A stretch of DNA of 50,930 nt from Macrostomum lignano (taxonomy: Eukaryota): the NCBI GenBank assembly GCA_002269645.1, contig NIVC01004310.1, forward strand, positions 1 to 50,930, in the 5' to 3' direction. The position numbers and the translations under genes were made by a program. The notes under the pieces are model-generated. The model searched no databases. It was given only the letters and a program-made list of their open reading frames with translations, and was not told the origin of the DNA. Positions 45,201 to 50,930 of the stretch are shown here, one piece after another (within the stretch, counting starts at the first letter, position 1; every line of letters starts with the position of its first letter).

Positions 45201-48200
45201 ACAGAATCATCAGCTCACAATCATCAGTTCAGAATCATCAGTACAGAATCATCAGTTCAGAATCATCAGTTCAGAATCATCAGTTCACAATCATCAGTTC
45301 ACTATCATCAGTTCACAATCATCAGTTCACAATCATCAGTTCAGAATCATCAGTTCACAATCATCAGTTCAGAATCATCAGTTCACAATCATCAGTTCAG
45401 AATCATCAGTTCAGAATCATCAGTTCACAATCATCAGTTCACAATCATCAGTTCAGAATCATCAGTTCACAATCATCAGTTCAGAATCATCAGTTCACAA
45501 TCATCAGTTCACAATCATCAATTCAGAATCATCAATTCAGAATCATCAGTTCACAATCATCAGTTCAGAATCATCAGTTCAGAATCATCAGTTCACAATC
45601 ATCAGTTCAGAATCATCAGTTCAGAATCATCAGTTCACAATCATCAGTTCACAATCATCAGTTCAGAATCATCAGTTCAGAATCATCAGCTCAGAATCAT
45701 CAGTTCAGAATCATCAGTTCACAATCATCAGTTCAGAATCATCAGCTCACAATCATCAGTTCACAATCATCAGTTCAGAATCATCAGTTCACAATCATCA
45801 GTTCACAATCATCAGTTCAGAATCATCAGTTCACAATCATCAGTTCAGAATCATCAGTTCAGAATCATCAGTTCAGAATCATCAGTTCACAATCATCAGT
45901 TCAGAATCATCAGTTCAGAATCATCAGTTCAGAATCATCAGTTCAGAATCATCAGTTCAGAATCATCAGTCAGAATCATCAGTTCAGAATCATCAGTTCA
46001 CAATCATCAGTTCACAATCATCAGTTCAGAATCATCAGTTCAGAATCATCAGTTCACAATCATCAGTTCAGAATCATCAATTCAGAATCATCAGTTCAGA
46101 ATCATCAGTTCACAATCATCAGTTCAGAATCATCAATTCACAATCATCAGTTCAGAATCATCAGTTCAGAATCATCAGTTCAGAATCATCAGTTCAGAAT
46201 CATCAGTTCAGAATCATCAGTTCAGAATCATCAATTCAGAATCATCAGTTCACAATCATCAGTTCACAATCATCAGTTCAGAATCATCAGCTCACAATCA
46301 TCAGTTCAGAATCATCAGTTCAGAATCATCAGTTCAGAATCATCAGTTCAGAATCATCAATTCAGAATCATCAGTTCAGAATCATCAGTTCAGAATCATC
46401 AATTCAGAATCATCAGTTCACAATCATCAGTTCAGAATCATCAGTTCACAATCATCAGTTCAGAATCATCAGTTCAGAATCATCAGTTCAGAATCATCAG
46501 TTCAGAATCATCAGTTCACAATCATCAGTTCACAATCATCAGTTCACAATCATCAGTTCACAATCATCAGTTCACAATCATCAGTTCAGAATCATCAGTT
46601 CACAATCATCAGTTCAGAATCATCAGTTCACAATCATCAGTTCACAATCATCAGTTCACAATCATCAGCTCAGAATCATCAATTCAGAATCATCAGTTCA
46701 GAATCATCAGTTCACAATCATCAGTTCAGAATCATCAGTTCAGAATCATCAGTTCACAATCATCAGCTCAGAATCATCAGTTCAGAATCATCAGTTCACA
46801 ATCATCAGTTCACAATCATTAGTTCAGAATCATCAGTTCACAATCATCAGTTCACAATCATCAGTTCACAATCATCAGTTCACAATCATCAGTTCACAAT
46901 CATCAGTTCAGAATCATCAGTTCACAATCATCAGTTCAGAATCATCAGTTCAGAATCATCAGTTCAGAATCATCTGTTCACAATCATCAGTTCAGAATCA
47001 TCAATTCAGAATCATCAGTTCACAATCATCAGTTCAGAATCATCAGTACAGAATCATCAGCTCACAATCATCAGTTCAGAATCATCAGTTCAGAATCATC
47101 AGTTCACAATCATCAGTTCACAATCATCAGTTCACAATCATCAGTTCAGAATCATCAGTACAGAATCATCAGCTCACAATCATCAGTTCAGAATCATCAG
47201 TACAGAATCATCAGTTCAGAATCATCAGTTCAGAATCATCAGTTCACAATCATCAGTTCAGAATCATCAGTTCAGAATCATCAGTTCAGAATCATCAGTT
47301 CAGAATCATCAGTTCACAATCATCAGTTCACAATCATCAGTTCAGAATCATCAGTTCACAATCATCAGTTCACAATCATCAGTTCACAATCATCAGTTCA
47401 GAATCATCAGTTCACAATCATCAGTTCAGAATCATCAGTTCACAATCATCAGTACAGAATCATCAGTTCAGAATCATCAATTCAGAATCATCAGTACAGA
47501 ATCATCAGTACAGAATCATCAGTTCAGAATCATCAGTTCACAATCATCAGTTCAGAATCATCAGCTCACAATCATCAGTTCACAATCATCAGTTCAGAAT
47601 CATCAGTTCACAATCATCAGTTCACAATCATCAGTTCAGAATCATCAGTTCACAATCATCAGTTCAGAATCATCAGTTCAGAATCATCAGTTCAGAATCA
47701 TCAGTTCACAATCATCAGTTCAGAATCATCAGTTCACAATCATCAGTTCAGAATCATCAGTTCAGAATCATCAGTTCAGAATCATCAGCTCAGAATCGTC
47801 AGTTCAGAATCATCAGTTCACAATCATCAGTTCACAATCATCAGTTCAGAATCATCAGTTCAGAATCATCAGTTCACAATCATCAGTTCAGAATCATCAA
47901 TTCAGAATCATCAGTTCAGAATCATCAGTTCACAATCATCAGTTCAGAATCATCAATTCACAATCATCAGTTCAGAATCATCAGTTCAGAATCATCAGCT
48001 CACAATCATCAGTTCAGAATCATCAGTTCAGAATCATCAGTTCAGAATCATCAGTTCAGAATCATCAGTTCAGAATCATCAGTTCAGAATCATCAGTTCA
48101 GAATCATCAGTTCACAATCATCAGTTCAGAATCATCAGTTCACAATCATCAGTTCACAATCATCAGTTCAGAATCATCAGTTCACAATCATCAGTTCACA

Positions 48201-50930
48201 ATCATCAGTTCAGAATCATCAGTTCACAATCATCAGTTCAGAATCATCAGTTCAGAATCATCAGTTCAGAATCATCAGTTCACAATCATCAGTTCAGAAT
48301 CATCAGTTCAGAATCATCAGTTCAGAATCATCAGTTCAGAATCATCAGTTCAGAATCATCAGTCAGAATCATCAGTTCAGAATCATCAGTTCACAATCAT
48401 CAGTTCACAATCATCAGTTCAGAATCATCAGTTCAGAATCATCAGTTCACAATCATCAGTTCAGAATCATCAGTTCAGAATCATCAGTTCAGAATCATCA
48501 GTTCACAATCATCAGTTCAGAATCATCAGTTCACAATCATCAGTTCAGAATCATCAGTTCAGAATCATCAGTTCAGAATCATCAGTTCAGAATCATCAGT
48601 TCAGAATCATCAGTTCAGAATCATCAGTTCAGAATCATCAGTTCACAATCATCAGTTCAGAATCATCAGTTCACAATCATCAGTTCACAATCATCAGTTC
48701 ACAATCATCAGTTCACAATCATCAGTTCACAATCATCAGTTCAGAATCATCAGTTCACAATCATCAGTTCAGAATCATCAGTTCACAATCATCAGTTCAC
48801 AATCATCAGTTCAGAATCATCAGTTCACAATCATCAGTTCAGAATCATCAGTTCAGAATCATCAGTTCACAATCATCAGTTCAGAATCATCAGTTCACAA
48901 TCATCAGTTCACAATCATCAGTTCAGAATCATCAGTTCACAATCATCAGTTCAGAATCATCAGTTCAGAATCATCAGTTCAGAATCATCAGTTCACAATC
49001 ATAAGTTCAGAATCATCAGTTCACAATCATCAATTCAGAATCATCAGTTCAGAATCATCAGTTCACAATCATCAGTTCAGAATCATCAGTTCACAATCAT
49101 CAGTTCAGAATCATCAGTTCAGAATCATCAGTTCAGAATCATCAGTTCAGAATCATCAGTTCAGAATCATCAGTTCACAATCATCAGTTCAGAATCATCA
49201 GTCACAATCATCAGTTCACAATCATCAGTTCAGAATCATCAGTTCACAATCATCAGTTCAGAATCATCAATACAGAATCATCAGTTCACAATCATCAGTT
49301 CAGAATCATCAGTTCACAATCATCAGTTCACAATCATCAGTTCACAATCATCAGTTCAGAATCATCAATACAGAATCATCAGTTCACAATCATCAGTTCA
49401 GAATCATCAGTTCGCAATCATCAGCTCAGAAACATCAGTTCAGAATCATCAGTTCAGAATCATCAGTTCACAATCATCAGTTCACAATCATCAGTTCACA
49501 ATCATCAGTTCAGAATCATCAGTTCACAATCATCAGTTCAGAATCATCAGTTCACAATCATCAGCTCAGAATCATCAATTCAGAATCATCAGTTCACAAT
49601 CATCAGTTCACAATCATCAGTTCAGAATCATCAGCTCAGAATCATCAGTTCACAATCATCAGCTCAGAATCATCAGTTCAGAATCATCAGTTCACAATCA
49701 TCAGTTCACAATCATCAGTTCAGAATCATCAGTTCACAATCATCAGTTCAGAATCATCAGTACAGAATCATCAGTTCAGAATCATCAGTTCAGAATCATC
49801 AGTTCACAATCATCAATTCAGAATCATCAGTTCACAATCATCAGTTCAGAATCATCAGTACAGAATCATCAGCTCACAATCATCAGTTCAGAATCATCAG
49901 TTCAGAATCATCAGTTCACAATCATCAGTTCACAATCATCAGTTCACAATCATCAGTTCAGAATCATCAGTTCAGAATCATCAGTTCACAATCATCAGTT
50001 CAGAATCATCAGTTCAGAATCATCAGTTCAGAATCATCAGTCAGAATCATCAGTTCACAATATCAGTTCAGAATCATCAGTACAGAATCATCAGTTCAGA
50101 ATCATCAGTTCACAATCATCAGTTCAGAATCATCAGTTCAGAATCATCAGTACAATCATCAGTTCACAATCATCAGTTCAGAATCATCAGTTCACAATCA
50201 TCAATTCAGAATCATCAGTTCACAATCATCAGTTCAGAATCATCAGTACAGAATCATCAGCTCACAATCATCAGTTCAGAATCATCAGTTCAGAATCATC
50301 AGTTCACAATCATCAGTTCACAATCATCAGTTCACAATCATCAGTTCAGAATCATCAGTTCAGAATCATCAGTTCACAATCATCAGTTCAGAATCATCAG
50401 TTCAGAATCATCAGTTCAGAATCATCAGTACAGAATCATCAGCTCACAATCATCAGTTCAGAATCATCAGTACAGAATCATCAGTTCAGAATCATCAGTT
50501 CAGAATCATCAGTTCACAATCATCAGTTCACTATCATCAGTTCACAATCATCAGTTCACAATCATCAGTTCACAATCATCAGTTCACAATCATCAGTTCA
50601 GAATCATCAGTTCACAATCATCAGTACAGAATCATCAGTTCAGAATCATCAGTTCACAATCATCAGTTCACAATCATCAGTTCAGAATCATCAGTTCACA
50701 ATCATCAGTTTAGAATCATCAGTTCACAATCATCAGTTCACAATCATCAATTCAGAATCATCAGTTCACAATCATCAGTTCAGAATCATCAGTTCAGAAT
50801 CATCAGTTCACAATCATCAGTACAGAATCATCAGTTCAGAATCATCAGTTCACAATCATCAGTTCAGAATCATCAGTTCACAATCATTCAGTTCAGAATC
50901 ATCAGTTCACAATCATCAGTTCACAATCAT
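39257..50930. repeat. 14-bp satellite ATCATCAGTTCA(G/C)A, >830 units, continuing past the window end
   Basis: Read directly; 3 units = 14 codons, which produces the artefactual 2543-aa ORF. Confidence 0.98.

Noticed and set aside
39191-46822. 2543-aa ORF
   Set aside because: It is the translation of the 14-bp satellite, whose + strand has no stop in any frame; it ends at a single TAG variant.

Overview
Eukaryotic (animal) genomic DNA, not prokaryotic. GC-rich spliced exons sit between introns and UTRs filled with locus-specific minisatellites. This architecture suggests a repeat-rich flatworm such as Macrostomum (inference only). Genes reconstructed by hand across GT-AG introns: an AP-2 transcription factor (3' exons, +), an intronless RNF8-like RING protein (+), CP110 (-), TMEM258 (-), RABL2 (+, 6 coding exons) and OGFOD1 (+). 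Mobile DNA: a decayed intron-containing Mutator/MULE element (19943-22183, 8-bp TSD), a 91-bp MITE with related termini and its own 8-bp TSD, a tRNA-derived CORE-type SINE, and a possible tyrosine-recombinase remnant. The last 11.7 kb is a 14-bp satellite with kb-scale internal duplications. Most long ORFs in the track are repeat artefacts. The most striking unexplained structures are inverted 21-bp arrays bracketing the terminal OGFOD1 exon, a 28-bp minisatellite found at three loci in both orientations, and arrays that abut splice sites and stop codons.
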